Shown: positions 51,822-61,994 of the stretch, piece after piece
How positions within the stretch are numbered: the first letter of the stretch is position 1
How the letters are laid out: the number at the start of each line of letters is the position of its first letter
DNA from: Sedimentisphaerales bacterium
Lineage (GTDB): Bacteria; Planctomycetota; Phycisphaerae; Sedimentisphaerales; SM23-30
Direction of reading: 5' to 3'
DNA: 64,000 bases
Assembly (NCBI GenBank): GCA_963663965.2
Contig: CAXXFK010000030.1
Location: forward strand, 96,001 to 160,000
Notes under the pieces: generated by a model
Seen by the model: the letters and a program-made list of their open reading frames with translations, nothing else
Told to the model about the DNA's origin: nothing
Database searches by the model: none
Translations under genes and position numbers: made by a program

Positions 51822-52213
51822 AAATACCTCCTGCAACTTGAAATAAAATGGCTACTATATATTTTTGTTTAAAATAACAACCTTAAATTTTCTGAACACA
51901 TAAACATAAGTATATATAAATTGTTTTAGCGAGCAAGCATAAATTGAGAGAAGGTGAGATGAAGTGCGAAAAGGTATCAAAAGTGAAATGGTTGGGATAG
52001 GATGGGCACGAACGTTCACAGACCTGTACGGACAGGCACGAAAGAGGTGCGGGGAGGATGTGTGTAGTGCAATGGGGGGATTGGTTCTTTGAATGGGAAT
52101 TTTGGATTTGAAAAAAAGATAAATGGGGGGAAGAAAAAGGGCAACCACGGGGGGTTGCCCGTACACGGGGGGGGCGTTGGCGGGGCAGGAATATAATGGA
52201 TGGGTACGGACGT

Positions 52214-54661
52214 TTACTGACCTGTACGGGTGTGGATGAGTTTTTTGTTGGTGAGGTTGTTGACTTTCAGTTGGTATTGGGGGGGGATTTTGGTATTGAG
52301 GGTGATCTGGTTGTTGTCGGTTTGCCAGTGGATGGCGATGGGGCCCTGCGGGGTGGGGATGGCGCCCTGGCAGCTGGTCAGGTCGAGGTCGCGGAGGGTG
52401 AGGGTGATGGTTTTGGCGATGGGGTCGTATTGGAGGCCGAGGATGTCGCGGTAGAGGCAGTGGGCGACGTGGGAGGCGAAGCCGTGGTTGCAGCTGGCGT
52501 TGGCGCTGACGTTTTCCCAGAGGGTGCCGGTCTGTTGGGCCATGTAGGTGAAATAGCCGGAGAGTTCGTCTTTGAGCCGGGGGCAGGCGCCGTAGCGGCT
52601 GAGCAGTTCGAGTCGGAGGTAGTTGCCGATGAAGGCGTTGGCCATGTGGACTTCGGGGAAGGCTTTGGTGGTTTTGCGGTCGGGGCCGAACTGGTCGCGC
52701 AGGGTGGACCAGAGCTGGGGGTGGGTTTCGGGTGAGGCGATATTGAAGAAGAAGGCGAAGTACTGGCAGACCTCGGATCGGTTGGTGGTGGGCTTGAGTT
52801 TGCCATCCTGGCGGAGGGCGTTATCGACGAAAAACCGGCCATCGAACGATTGTTTGGCGATGGTCTGGCGGAGGGTGTTGGCCCGGTCGGTGAGTTGGGG
52901 CTGATGATAGAGGGCTCCGGCGGCCTGGAGGACGCGGGCGTAGAGCATGTTGGAAGGGTAGTTGACATCCTGGACGAAGGAGTTGGCGGCGGACCATTCG
53001 ACGAAGACCCAGCTTTTCAGGTTTTCGAGCAGGCCGGATTCATTTTCGAAGGGCTTGAAATAGTCGAGCAGCTGCATGACACGTGGTTGGAGGGCGTCGA
53101 CCAGGGCGCGGTCGCCACTGCGGGCGAGGTATTCTTCCAATTGGACGACGAACCACATGGCCCAGTTGGGGATAAAGACGCGGTCGTTGTGGTCGGAGGG
53201 GTAGCACATGGGCAGCATGCCGGGGGGCAGGAACTCGAAGGTTTTGGGCAGGAGGTAGCTTTCGAACTGGTTTTTTTCGATGGTGGTGTTGCCGGTGAGG
53301 TCGAGTGCGACGCGGGAGGTGAAGAAGCTGTCGCAGAGCCAGCCGGCCCGTTCGCGGGAGGGGCAGTCCATAAAGACGTCGGTGGCGTTCTGGCGGAAGG
53401 TGGCGACGGCGGCGTTGAAGATGGCGTTGAGTTCGGGATCGCTGCAGGAGAATTGAGCGGTGTCGGTCTGGTCGTTGGCCAGTTCGCGCAGGGTGATGTT
53501 GCTGACGGTGGCGGAGCCGGAGCAGATCATGATTTTGAGGGCTTTGAAGGTGTAGGGTTCGAAGGATTCGAGTTGATAGCGGCCGGGGGCGAGTTCGTAG
53601 CCGATGGCGTTGACGCAGCCGAGCCGCCTGAAGTTGACGTCGTTGCCGGAGAGGATTTCATCGAAGGTGAGGTAGAGGCGGGTGGGTTCGGTGCAGCTGA
53701 TGTGCAGGCCGGGGAATCCGGTCAGGTTGGCGCCGAAGTCCAGGATGGCGAACTCGCTGGTTTTGAGTGGCAGCGGGTTGGACTGCCAGGGTTGGTTGAG
53801 TGGTTCGAGGCGGGTGGTTTTGGTTTTTTGCAGTTCGTTAGAGGGGATGACGACCAGCTGGTCCTGGGGGTAGCCTTTGAAGGCGGGGCCGATATTGACC
53901 AGGGACCGGTCTTTCCAGAGATTGTCGACAGGCAGGTTCTGTTCGAAGGCGCCGCGGGCGTGGAGTTGGCGTGGAGTGAGGATGGTATAGCGATGGTAGC
54001 CGACGCGGCGGGGCAGGAGGTTGGGCGTGGGCTGGATGGCGCAGGCGATGGATTCGATGGAGGCGTCTGGATTGGCGCGCCAGGCGTCGGCGCCGGGAGT
54101 GAGGCGGTAGTATTCGATAAAGGGGCGCTGGAAGCTGTAGCGCTGGACTTTCTGGAGGTGCTGGGGCAGGAGCAGGGCCGCGAAGGGATGGGTGGTGGAG
54201 CCGGTGGCGGCGAGGGTTTGGTTGCCGGCGGTGATTTCGGCCTGGAGGAAGGCGGGCTGATCGAGCAGGTAGTAGCTGTTGACGTTGTAGCCGGCGACTT
54301 CGATGGCGATCAGGTTGGTGGGCTGGAGCCGGGTAGTGGGGAGCTGGTAGCGGTCGACGCGGTAATAGCCGTGCGGCCCGCGCGCGGGGCCTTCGGCGAG
54401 GAATTCGCCGTTGAGGAAGATGCGGTAGCGGGTGGAGCCGCAGAGGGTGAGCCAGGTGTCTTCGGCCGGGCGGTCGAAGGCGGCGCGGAAGCCGACAAAG
54501 AGGTTCATTTCGGTTTCGCGGCCGGCGGGCCAGATGGGCCGGGCGGATTGGAAGGCGGATTCCGCGGAGGCTGGGGCCTGGCTGAACGCGGTGGTGGCGA
54601 GGCAAAGGGTGGTTAATAATATGACGGCCGAAATGCGGACAGGGCGGATCAGGTCTGGCAT
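52214..54661 (-). CDS. GH78-like alpha-L-rhamnosidase
   Basis: Signal peptide; LDFG; MDCPSRERAGWLCD; TLWEN...SCNHG. Confidence 0.85.
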   Translation of the reverse strand: MPDLIRPVRISAVILLTTLCLATTAFSQAPASAESAFQSARPIWPAGRETEMNLFVGFRAAFDRPAEDTWLTLCGSTRYRIFLNGEFLAEGPARGPHGYYRVDRYQLPTTRLQPTNLIAIEVAGYNVNSYYLLDQPAFLQAEITAGNQTLAATGSTTHPFAALLLPQHLQKVQRYSFQRPFIEYYRLTPGADAWRANPDASIESIACAIQPTPNLLPRRVGYHRYTILTPRQLHARGAFEQNLPVDNLWKDRSLVNIGPAFKGYPQDQLVVIPSNELQKTKTTRLEPLNQPWQSNPLPLKTSEFAILDFGANLTGFPGLHISCTEPTRLYLTFDEILSGNDVNFRRLGCVNAIGYELAPGRYQLESFEPYTFKALKIMICSGSATVSNITLRELANDQTDTAQFSCSDPELNAIFNAAVATFRQNATDVFMDCPSRERAGWLCDSFFTSRVALDLTGNTTIEKNQFESYLLPKTFEFLPPGMLPMCYPSDHNDRVFIPNWAMWFVVQLEEYLARSGDRALVDALQPRVMQLLDYFKPFENESGLLENLKSWVFVEWSAANSFVQDVNYPSNMLYARVLQAAGALYHQPQLTDRANTLRQTIAKQSFDGRFFVDNALRQDGKLKPTTNRSEVCQYFAFFFNIASPETHPQLWSTLRDQFGPDRKTTKAFPEVHMANAFIGNYLRLELLSRYGACPRLKDELSGYFTYMAQQTGTLWENVSANASCNHGFASHVAHCLYRDILGLQYDPIAKTITLTLRDLDLTSCQGAIPTPQGPIAIHWQTDNNQITLNTKIPPQYQLKVNNLTNKKLIHTRTGQ

Positions 54662-55099
54662 GATGACTCTCCGTTACAATTCGAGTAATGATCGATGAAT
54701 GCAAATTCTGGCGTGACAATTTGCATGTGATTTTTGTTTAACTACGTTTTGGATATAGGTTTAACTAATTTGATGGGGTGCTTATTGCCTGGGAAGTTAA
54801 CTGCAGATTGGGTGGATTGATGATATTAAACGCAGGAAAACAGTTAGTAAAATTTTGAGAAAATGGGGGCAGCAAAGCAAGGGTGATAAGATTGTGTGTA
54901 TTCGATCATGTAGTGGGGTGATGGCATGGGGATTGCTTGTGTTATTATGTATTGTCCGATAGAGCGATATTTAAGTTGTTGATAATGAATGGATTAGAAT
55001 TTATTTATGAGATGGCAGTTTTGAAAAAAATGTAAAAATCCGGCGCGGAAAGTGAAATAATTGTCACTTATGGCGGCCGGGTGTGAAGGATATCTGTTT

Positions 55100-55516
55100 A
55101 TGATCAGTTCGAGAAATCAGTTGCCTGGTGTGATCAAGAGTGTGTCGCGCGGGGTGGTGAATGCTGAAATTGTGATGGTGACCGGGTCGGGGCTGGAGAT
55201 TACCTCGATTATTACGGTGGGGAGCTGTGTGATGATGGGGTTGCGGCCGGGGATGGCGGTGGTCGCGGTGATCAAGGCGTCTGATGTGATGGTGGCAGTG
55301 GGGCATGGTTTTTCGGTGAGTACGCGGAATCATATTCCCGGGCGGATCAAGAGTATTACTCCGGGTGTGGTCAACAGTGAGATTGTGATCGACGCGGAGG
55401 GGACGGAACTGGTTTCGGTGATTACGGAAGCCAGTGTCGAGCGGCTGAAGCTGACGGAGTCGATGAGTGTTTCGGCACTGGTCAAGGCATCCAATGTGAT
55501 TGTGATGACAGGATGA
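55100..55516 (+). CDS. Double TOBE molybdate-binding protein (Mop/ModG-like)
   Basis: Two S.RN..G repeats, each with SIIT/SVIT and A.IKAS.V. Confidence 0.9.
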   Translation: MISSRNQLPGVIKSVSRGVVNAEIVMVTGSGLEITSIITVGSCVMMGLRPGMAVVAVIKASDVMVAVGHGFSVSTRNHIPGRIKSITPGVVNSEIVIDAEGTELVSVITEASVERLKLTESMSVSALVKASNVIVMTG

Positions 55517-55573
55517 GTGATCAGTTGCGGGCAGCGGTAAGATATAAACCAAGTAATAGAAAGAGGAATACGA

Positions 55574-56362
55574 TTGAGAAAGGCTGTTGACATTCAGGTG
55601 ATCTTGGTGGGAATGCTCTGTTGGGCGCTGACGCTGTTCTGTGTGGGGTGTGGTCGAGAGCAGGCGGAGGCGGGCGCGGGGACGGTGATAGTTTTTGCGG
55701 CGGCCAGTACGACCAACGCGGTGATGGATATCGCGGCGAAGTTTAAGGAGGAAACGGGGATGGAGGTGGTGACGAATTTCGCATCCGCTTCGACCCTGGC
55801 GCAGCAGATCGAAGCCGGCGCGGATGTGGATGTTTTTATTTCGGCGAATGAAAAGTGGGGTGATTACCTGGAAGAAAGAGAGCTTTGTGTGGTTCGTAAA
55901 ACGATTGTGGGCAACCGGATCGTGATTGTGGCGGCGGCGGACACGGGCCGGACGGTTGAGTCGCCGGAATTTTTGCTGGATGAGGCGGTTCAAACGGTGG
56001 CCATGGGTGATCCGGAGCATGTGCCGGCGGGGATATATGGCAAAGAAGCGCTGGCGCGGCTGGGGTTGTGGGAGTCGGTGGCCGGCAAGGTGACGGCGGC
56101 GAAGGATGTGCGTTCGGCGTTGGCGTATGTGGAGACGGGGGCGGCCGAGGCGGGGATAGTGTATTCGACCGACGCGGCGATCAGTGCGAAGGTTCGTGTG
56201 GTTTATCAGTTTCCGGCGGACGCGACGGCCCGGCCGATAGCGTATCCGGCGCTGATGATTAAAAACGCGGTGAATCCGGAGGGGGCGCGTGAGTTTTTGG
56301 CGTTTCTGGAGAGCGAGACGGCTCGCGCGGTTTTTAGGGAGTATGGATTTCTGATCGATTGA
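55574..56362 (+). CDS. modA: Molybdate ABC transporter substrate-binding protein
   Basis: VFAAAS, FASASTLAQQIEAGA..DVFISAN, DPEHVPAGIY, GIVYSTDA. Confidence 0.92.
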   Translation: MRKAVDIQVILVGMLCWALTLFCVGCGREQAEAGAGTVIVFAAASTTNAVMDIAAKFKEETGMEVVTNFASASTLAQQIEAGADVDVFISANEKWGDYLEERELCVVRKTIVGNRIVIVAAADTGRTVESPEFLLDEAVQTVAMGDPEHVPAGIYGKEALARLGLWESVAGKVTAAKDVRSALAYVETGAAEAGIVYSTDAAISAKVRVVYQFPADATARPIAYPALMIKNAVNPEGAREFLAFLESETARAVFREYGFLID

Positions 56363-56372
56363 CGAGATCAAG

Positions 56373-57056
56373 ATGATATTAACACCGGAAGAATTCAGCG
56401 CGCTTAAGCTCAGTACGGTTTTTGCCTTGATGGCGGCGACCCTGGGGATTGTTCCGGCGATTGGAGTTGGGTACTGGCTGGCGCGGAGCCGGGCGGGATG
56501 GAAATGGCTGGTGGAGGCGGGGGCGAATCTGCCGCTGGTGCTGCCGCCGGTGGTGACGGGGTATCTGTTGCTGCTGCTGCTGGCGCCGTCGGGGCCGATC
56601 GGGGGGCTGTGCACGCGGCTGGGGTTTAAGGTGATCTTTACGCCGTACGCGGCGATCCTGGCGGCGATGGTGGTGAGTTTTCCGCTGGCGATGCGGACGG
56701 CGCGACTGGCGTTTGAATCGGTGGATCAGAAGCTGGAGCAGACGGCGCGGACGCTGGGGGCGACGCGAATGGAAGTATTTCGGCAGGTCTCTTTGCCGCT
56801 GGCGCGGTATGGGATTATCGGGGGGTGGCTATTGGCCTTCGCTCGGAGCCTGGGCGAGTTTGGGGCGACGATTATGATTGCGGGGAATATTGCCGGGAAG
56901 ACCCAGACGATTCCGCTGGCGATTTTCGCGAAGGCGACGCAGCCGGGCGGGATTCAGCAGTCGTGGCGGCTGGTGATGCTGTCGATTGTGGTGTCGTGTA
57001 TTGCCATCGCGCTGGGTGAGCGGCTGGGCCGCAAGCGGAAGGGGAGGGCCGGTTAG
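56373..57056 (+). CDS. modB: Molybdate ABC transporter permease
   Basis: LPLVLPPVVTG, ARTLGA, FARSLGEFGAT..AGNI.GKTQT. Confidence 0.93.
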   Translation: MILTPEEFSALKLSTVFALMAATLGIVPAIGVGYWLARSRAGWKWLVEAGANLPLVLPPVVTGYLLLLLLAPSGPIGGLCTRLGFKVIFTPYAAILAAMVVSFPLAMRTARLAFESVDQKLEQTARTLGATRMEVFRQVSLPLARYGIIGGWLLAFARSLGEFGATIMIAGNIAGKTQTIPLAIFAKATQPGGIQQSWRLVMLSIVVSCIAIALGERLGRKRKGRAG

Positions 57057-57083
57057 CGGTGATGGATGTGAGGCAAGCCAAGT

Positions 57084-57824
57084 GTGATTATTATGAGGGC
57101 GATGATGCTGCTTGATCTGCGCTGTCAGCATGAGTTTTCCGACCATTTCGGGATCGATGTGGACCTGTCCTGTGAGGTTCGTGCGCTGGCGCTGTTTGGT
57201 CCATCCGGCAGCGGCAAGACGACGCTACTGTCGGCGATCGCGGGGACTTTTATGCCGCGGCGCGGCCGGGTGGCGCTGGATGGCCAGGTTCTGCTGGATA
57301 CTGAGGGGGGGCGGTGTGTGCCGCCGGAGAGGCGTTCGATCGGGGTGACGCCGCAGCATTCGCTGCTGTTTGAGCATATGGATGTACGGAGGAACCTGGA
57401 ATATGGGATGCCGAAGAACCGGTGGTGGAAGCGGCATTCGTCGCTGGTCTGCCAGCGGGAGATCCGGTTCGATCAGGTGGTGGAGATCCTGGAGCTGGAG
57501 CGGTTGCTGGGGCGTTTTCCGGAGCATCTTTCGGGGGGCGAGCAGCGGCGGGTGGCCATTGGGCGGGCGCTGCTCAGTCAGCCGCGGATGCTGATTCTGG
57601 ATGAGCCGCTGTCGGCGCTGGATGATAACCTGAAGCAGCGGATACTGGATTATCTGAAACGGGTAATCGAGCACTGGCAGATCCCGACGATTATCATTAC
57701 GCACAGCAAGGCGGTGGTGGGCGCGCTGGCGGATAGTGTGATTATGGTGGATGGTGGCCGGATTATCGGGATGGGGGCGCCTGGGCGGATGCTGGGGGTG
57801 GCTGAGGTCAAGACGGCGGGGTGA
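57084..57824 (+). CDS. modC: Molybdate ABC transporter ATPase (short, no TOBE)
   Basis: GPSGSGKTT, LSGGEQRRVAIGRALL, ILDEP, ITH. Confidence 0.9.
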   Translation: MIIMRAMMLLDLRCQHEFSDHFGIDVDLSCEVRALALFGPSGSGKTTLLSAIAGTFMPRRGRVALDGQVLLDTEGGRCVPPERRSIGVTPQHSLLFEHMDVRRNLEYGMPKNRWWKRHSSLVCQREIRFDQVVEILELERLLGRFPEHLSGGEQRRVAIGRALLSQPRMLILDEPLSALDDNLKQRILDYLKRVIEHWQIPTIIITHSKAVVGALADSVIMVDGGRIIGMGAPGRMLGVAEVKTAG

Positions 57825-58470
57825 GTTGTAAGTGGTTTTATCTTCGGTGGATATGGGTGATTTTGGTTTGATTGGGTTCGTTTGGATTGGGGTGGGGGGC
57901 GGAGAGGTTGTTCGGAGAATTGGGCGGCCCAGATATCAGGTAGAGGTTGTTGAGGAAGGTGGGAACTGGTGAACCACGAATGGATATGAATACACGCTAA
58001 CAAAGAGTTGGAGACTAACAATATGGGTTTAAAATATAACGGCCGATTGAACCACGAAGCGCCTTCCTGGGGCGGATCTTCGGCCCTCCTGAGGCGGATC
58101 TTCGACCTACGGCGCTACATGAAGGTTAACAAAAAATATAACGGCCGGTTTAACCGCAGGTGGACGCAGATAAAATATTGATAAGCTATTGAAATATAAG
58201 AAGATATAACCACGGAAAAACACGGAAAGACACGGAAGAAATCAGGGTTAAGAAGTTAAAATCAAAGAAGATGGAACTATAGAAAGGGGCGAAAATAAAG
58301 AGTGGCTGCGCCACGAGTTAAATTTTTAAAGGCAGGGTTTTACCATGAAGATATCATGAAAGCCAGAATGTCCCGTTGCGGTGGTTCGTGCTATAATGCA
58401 CATTTGTTGTATATGAACACGAGCTGCCCGGGGGGCGCTCATGACACCTTTTTACAGGAGCATTCTGGCT

Positions 58471-59526
58471 ATGAAGACTATTATGGCAATTGATTTAGGA
58501 AAATTCAAGAGTGTAGCGTGTCGTTATCAAATTGGCAGCGGCGCCCAGGAATATTGGACGATTCCCACCCGTCCGCAGGCGATTCACGATCTGGTGGTGA
58601 CTCATTCGGCCGATTGTGTGGTTTTCGAGGCCTGTGGTATCATTGGTTGGATCTGCGATTTATTGGATGATTTGGAGATTGATTATCGAGTGGCCAATAC
58701 CAATAGTGAGGAGTGGCGGGGTAAACGCCTGAAAAAGAAGACGGATCGCAAGGATGCGCTGTGGCTGGCCCGTCGGACGGCACTGGGCGATCTGCCGACC
58801 GTCTATGTGCCGGGTAAGGCGGTGCGCGAGAAACGGGCCTTGATTAATGAACGGAAAAGTATCGTCGAACGAATAACACAATGCAAAAACACCATCCGGG
58901 CGCTGCTGGATCGTCAGGCCCTGCCGATGCCTTCCGGCAAAAACGGCTGGTCGCAAAAACAGATCGCCCATTTGCGGAGTCTGGCCTGTCCCATGGCCGA
59001 GGTGCCGGTGGAGGCGCTCTGGCGTGGCAGCTTGTGGGTGGAATTGGAGTTATTGCACACTCTGGGCGAATTGTTGTTGGTGATCGACAACAAACTGCAT
59101 GCCCTGAACCAAACGGACCGGCACGTGCAATTGCTCACGACCATTCCGGGCGTGGGCGAACGGACGGCCGAAGCGGTGGCCGCTTTAATCGATAATCCCC
59201 ACCGGTTTCAGAACTGCAAGCAGGTGGGCTGCTATATCGGTATGACCCCGCGCCAGTATCAATCGGGAACGATCGACCGGCAGGGCCGCATCAGTAAGGA
59301 TGGCAATCGTTTGCTGCGAAGTCTGCTGGTGGAGATCTGCTGGCTGGGCCAGCGAACCAATCCGTGGATACGAGAAACGTATCAGCGGATCCGGCGCGAC
59401 AGCAAGACACGCTCCAAGATAGCGATTATCGCGGTGGCGCGGCGGTTGTTTGTGCGGATGTGGGCGATGTTGCGCGATGGGACGCCCTGGCAGATGCCGC
59501 CGCTGAAGGCTGCCGTATCCGGATAA
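58471..59526 (+). CDS. IS110 DEDD recombinase/transposase
   Basis: AIDLGK, VFEA, KTDRKDA; TIPGVG; GMTPRQYQSG; GRISKDGNRLLR; AVARRL. Confidence 0.95.
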   Translation: MKTIMAIDLGKFKSVACRYQIGSGAQEYWTIPTRPQAIHDLVVTHSADCVVFEACGIIGWICDLLDDLEIDYRVANTNSEEWRGKRLKKKTDRKDALWLARRTALGDLPTVYVPGKAVREKRALINERKSIVERITQCKNTIRALLDRQALPMPSGKNGWSQKQIAHLRSLACPMAEVPVEALWRGSLWVELELLHTLGELLLVIDNKLHALNQTDRHVQLLTTIPGVGERTAEAVAALIDNPHRFQNCKQVGCYIGMTPRQYQSGTIDRQGRISKDGNRLLRSLLVEICWLGQRTNPWIRETYQRIRRDSKTRSKIAIIAVARRLFVRMWAMLRDGTPWQMPPLKAAVSG

Positions 59527-59960
59527 AAAATACGTTTTGATCGCGTACCGTTCTTTGACTGATTTTAACGAATGCTTAGATTTTGCTTGATTGACATCGA
59601 TATGGAACCTTGTTTCACTTGATGGGTCTAGAGCCTGACGTGAAGATTAAGCCGTATCGTAAACGATGGAATGGGACCATGGTAAAAAAAGAAGACCTGG
59701 ACACCCCGGATAGAAGGCTGAAACAATCGAGCATTTTATCGAATAAAAATAAGGATTCGCTGCGCGAAAATTTGTTTGATCAGGTTTATCGCTTATCGTC
59801 CAAAAAGGCAGGAGGGGCGGCGTAGGTACGCCGCCTGCCTTCCCGGACCCCTTGACGGCGCTCAGGTCGCTCCTCAGCGTTGCCTTATCCTCCGCAAGGG
59901 CAAGGACAGGATAACATGTTTTGAAATAAGGAAATACAATAAAATGCCATATAAACCACT
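59527..59960 (+). ncRNA. Candidate bridge/seek RNA region (boundaries unknown)
   Basis: Position in the IS1111-type 3' non-coding end; contains short matches to the reconstructed target and donor. Confidence 0.5.
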
Positions 59961-60189
59961 TTTCCCTCTTGACCTCTGGCTTCATAGAAGATTGTGAAGG
60001 GCATGAAGTTAAGAGGAAGAATTAACAGCCGGTTTAACCGCAGATGGACGCAGATGAAACAGCCGGGGTTTACCATCTGGGGCGGTCAAGCCGCAAGCTT
60101 AAATGAGTTTGTGGGGTTAAGATTAACGAATTGCTCGAATGTAGCAACACGAATCAATATCAAGATGGTCAAAAGGCTGGTATAATTCC

Positions 60190-61086
60190 TGGCAGACGTC
60201 GGCGACCTATTTCAATATGTATGACCGGCTGGGCAGTATCCGGATTGTTTTTGACTGGAATGGCGATGTGGTCAATCAGTTTAATTACAATGTTTATGGC
60301 GAGCCTACGCAGGAATTGTTTGTTGAAAATGGTTCGCTTTACAGCAGCTGCTATAACAGCTATCACCGGTTCGCCAATTATAAATGGGATGCCGCCGTCG
60401 GTATGTACGACTGCAACGCGCGGTGGTATGATCCGGTAATCATGCGGTTTACGGGGCGGGATCCGGTTCGGGGTGATTTTAATGAGCCGTTGAGTCTGCA
60501 CCGGTATTTGTATTGTGTGAATGAGCCGGTAAACATTATCGATCCAGCAGGTTTAGAGGGGAATTTATCTGAGTTAAATTTTACACAAGGCGTACAAAAT
60601 GGTATGCGCGCATATGGTGCTGCCGATCAAGCTCACCAAGTATATGGTTATGTTGAAATGTTTACCAGTGGATTATCATTAGGCAATATAATGCTAACTG
60701 TTGCAATTGATGTGGGTATGGATTATGCTGGTGGCAAAGTATTTCAAGCGTTAGCAGATGTTCGTGGCGGAGTGATGAGTTGGATTCGAGCTAAAGGACT
60801 ATATGGTGAAGTTGCATCAGGTATAGCTAAGAATTCTAAACATATAGATTCTATTACAGGAAGTGCGCATTATCGTATCCCTGATGAATTAACTAAGACA
60901 TCATTGACTGAAGTAAAAAACGTAAAAAAATTGAATTATACAAAGCAAATCGAGGATTTTATTTTATATGCTAACGAAGAAAATTTAACGTTTACTATTA
61001 GGTTAAATAGTGGTTGTAAAAAAATTGCTAAGCGAATAAAAGAATTAGAAAAGGTTGGTGGGATAATTATTGACTATTATGACTAA
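60190..61086 (+). CDS. Orphan Rhs core fragment with Tox-REase-7-like nuclease toxin
   Basis: YDRLGS, YNVYG, ARWYDP..RFTGRDP, HRYLYC.NEPV..IDPAG; C-terminal RIPD....EVKNV..L.YT.QI.D; true start unclear. Confidence 0.8.
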   Translation, partial: WQTSATYFNMYDRLGSIRIVFDWNGDVVNQFNYNVYGEPTQELFVENGSLYSSCYNSYHRFANYKWDAAVGMYDCNARWYDPVIMRFTGRDPVRGDFNEPLSLHRYLYCVNEPVNIIDPAGLEGNLSELNFTQGVQNGMRAYGAADQAHQVYGYVEMFTSGLSLGNIMLTVAIDVGMDYAGGKVFQALADVRGGVMSWIRAKGLYGEVASGIAKNSKHIDSITGSAHYRIPDELTKTSLTEVKNVKKLNYTKQIEDFILYANEENLTFTIRLNSGCKKIAKRIKELEKVGGIIIDYYD

Positions 61087-61164
61087 GTACACTTCTAAAA
61101 ATATAAAATCAACCCAGTAGGTAAAAACATCTTAAACTAAAGAATTGATTAGGTATGCAAAATA

Positions 61165-61914
61165 ATGGAGAATGAAAAAAAAAGTAGAGAAGAATATTTA
61201 GAAGATATTGAAGAAGCTGAACGACCTGTCCTTGAAAGTTTAAAACTGATAGGGATTGAAATAGATGATATTTCTGATTTGATTAACAAATATACAGATT
61301 TGCCTGAGGATGTCGTTTGTGTATTATTAAAATGGTTGCCGGCAATCAAACAGCACAATATTCAGAATATGGTAATACGGGCTATTGGTAATACCAAATG
61401 TAAATATGATGGCATGCCTTTGGCAACACTGTTTGAAAAATCGGATGGGATTCGTAATAACCGCTGGGCCATTGCTAATACGATAGCTATCTCTAAACCA
61501 ATGCATATTAACGAGTGGGTAACAACTGCAGTAAAAAATAAAAAATATGGCAAATCTCGTGAAATGCTTTGTGATGCAATCGCAAAAATGCTGTCGTACG
61601 GTGAGGCTGTTGCTGTGTTACAGGCGGTGTTTGATGATTTGCCGGCTCATAGCGCTATTGCGTTAGGCAGAATTGGAAAAGAATCTTCTGTGAATGAATT
61701 TCTGGAACGGAAGAAAGCGGAAATTGAAAACGAAATTAGCCTTGAGCGATTTGGTAATGACTGCAAGTTTATACCGCAAGAAAATGTGTCTTATGCCTCG
61801 AGCCTGCCAATATCGATCAGTGAGGAGGAACTGAGGAGAAACTATCTGAAGTTGAGTTTGAAAACGATAGGAAAGGCGATCCGAAAAATTGAGAAACGGA
61901 TTGAAAAAAAATAG
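61165..61914 (+). CDS. HEAT-repeat-like putative immunity protein
   Basis: VIRAIG, RWAIANTI, YGKSREML..AI, ALGRIG; directly after the toxin. Confidence 0.7.
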   Translation: MENEKKSREEYLEDIEEAERPVLESLKLIGIEIDDISDLINKYTDLPEDVVCVLLKWLPAIKQHNIQNMVIRAIGNTKCKYDGMPLATLFEKSDGIRNNRWAIANTIAISKPMHINEWVTTAVKNKKYGKSREMLCDAIAKMLSYGEAVAVLQAVFDDLPAHSAIALGRIGKESSVNEFLERKKAEIENEISLERFGNDCKFIPQENVSYASSLPISISEEELRRNYLKLSLKTIGKAIRKIEKRIEKK

Positions 61915-61994
61915 TTTAAGCTTATTAAGTGCCATTGGGATCAGGGACCATTTAGGTTGACATGGCGCTGATATGGTGCCAGAATAGGGTGATC

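Larger units (their letters stand above)
695..58125 (+). repeat. Dispersed AACCACGAAGCGCC...CTACACGAAG repeat family
   Basis: Copies at 695-760, 5307-5360, 33053-33118 and 58050-58125; the last is interrupted by two CCTG.GGCGGATCTTCG units. Confidence 0.8.
58347..59992 (+). mobile_element. IS110-family element, IS1111 type
   Basis: Subterminal IRs ATGAAAGCCAGA (58356-58367) / TCTGGCTTCAT (59975-59985); shared GAAGAT at both junctions; long 3' non-coding end. Confidence 0.8.

Noticed and set aside
52196..54719. Long antisense or alternative-frame ORFs (52850-54616 +, 53838-54719 -, and similarly 26087-27415, 26791-27600, 23716-24459, 55064-56614)
   Set aside because: Shadow ORFs over recognisable genes, caused by high GC and extreme strand skew; low-complexity translations with no motifs
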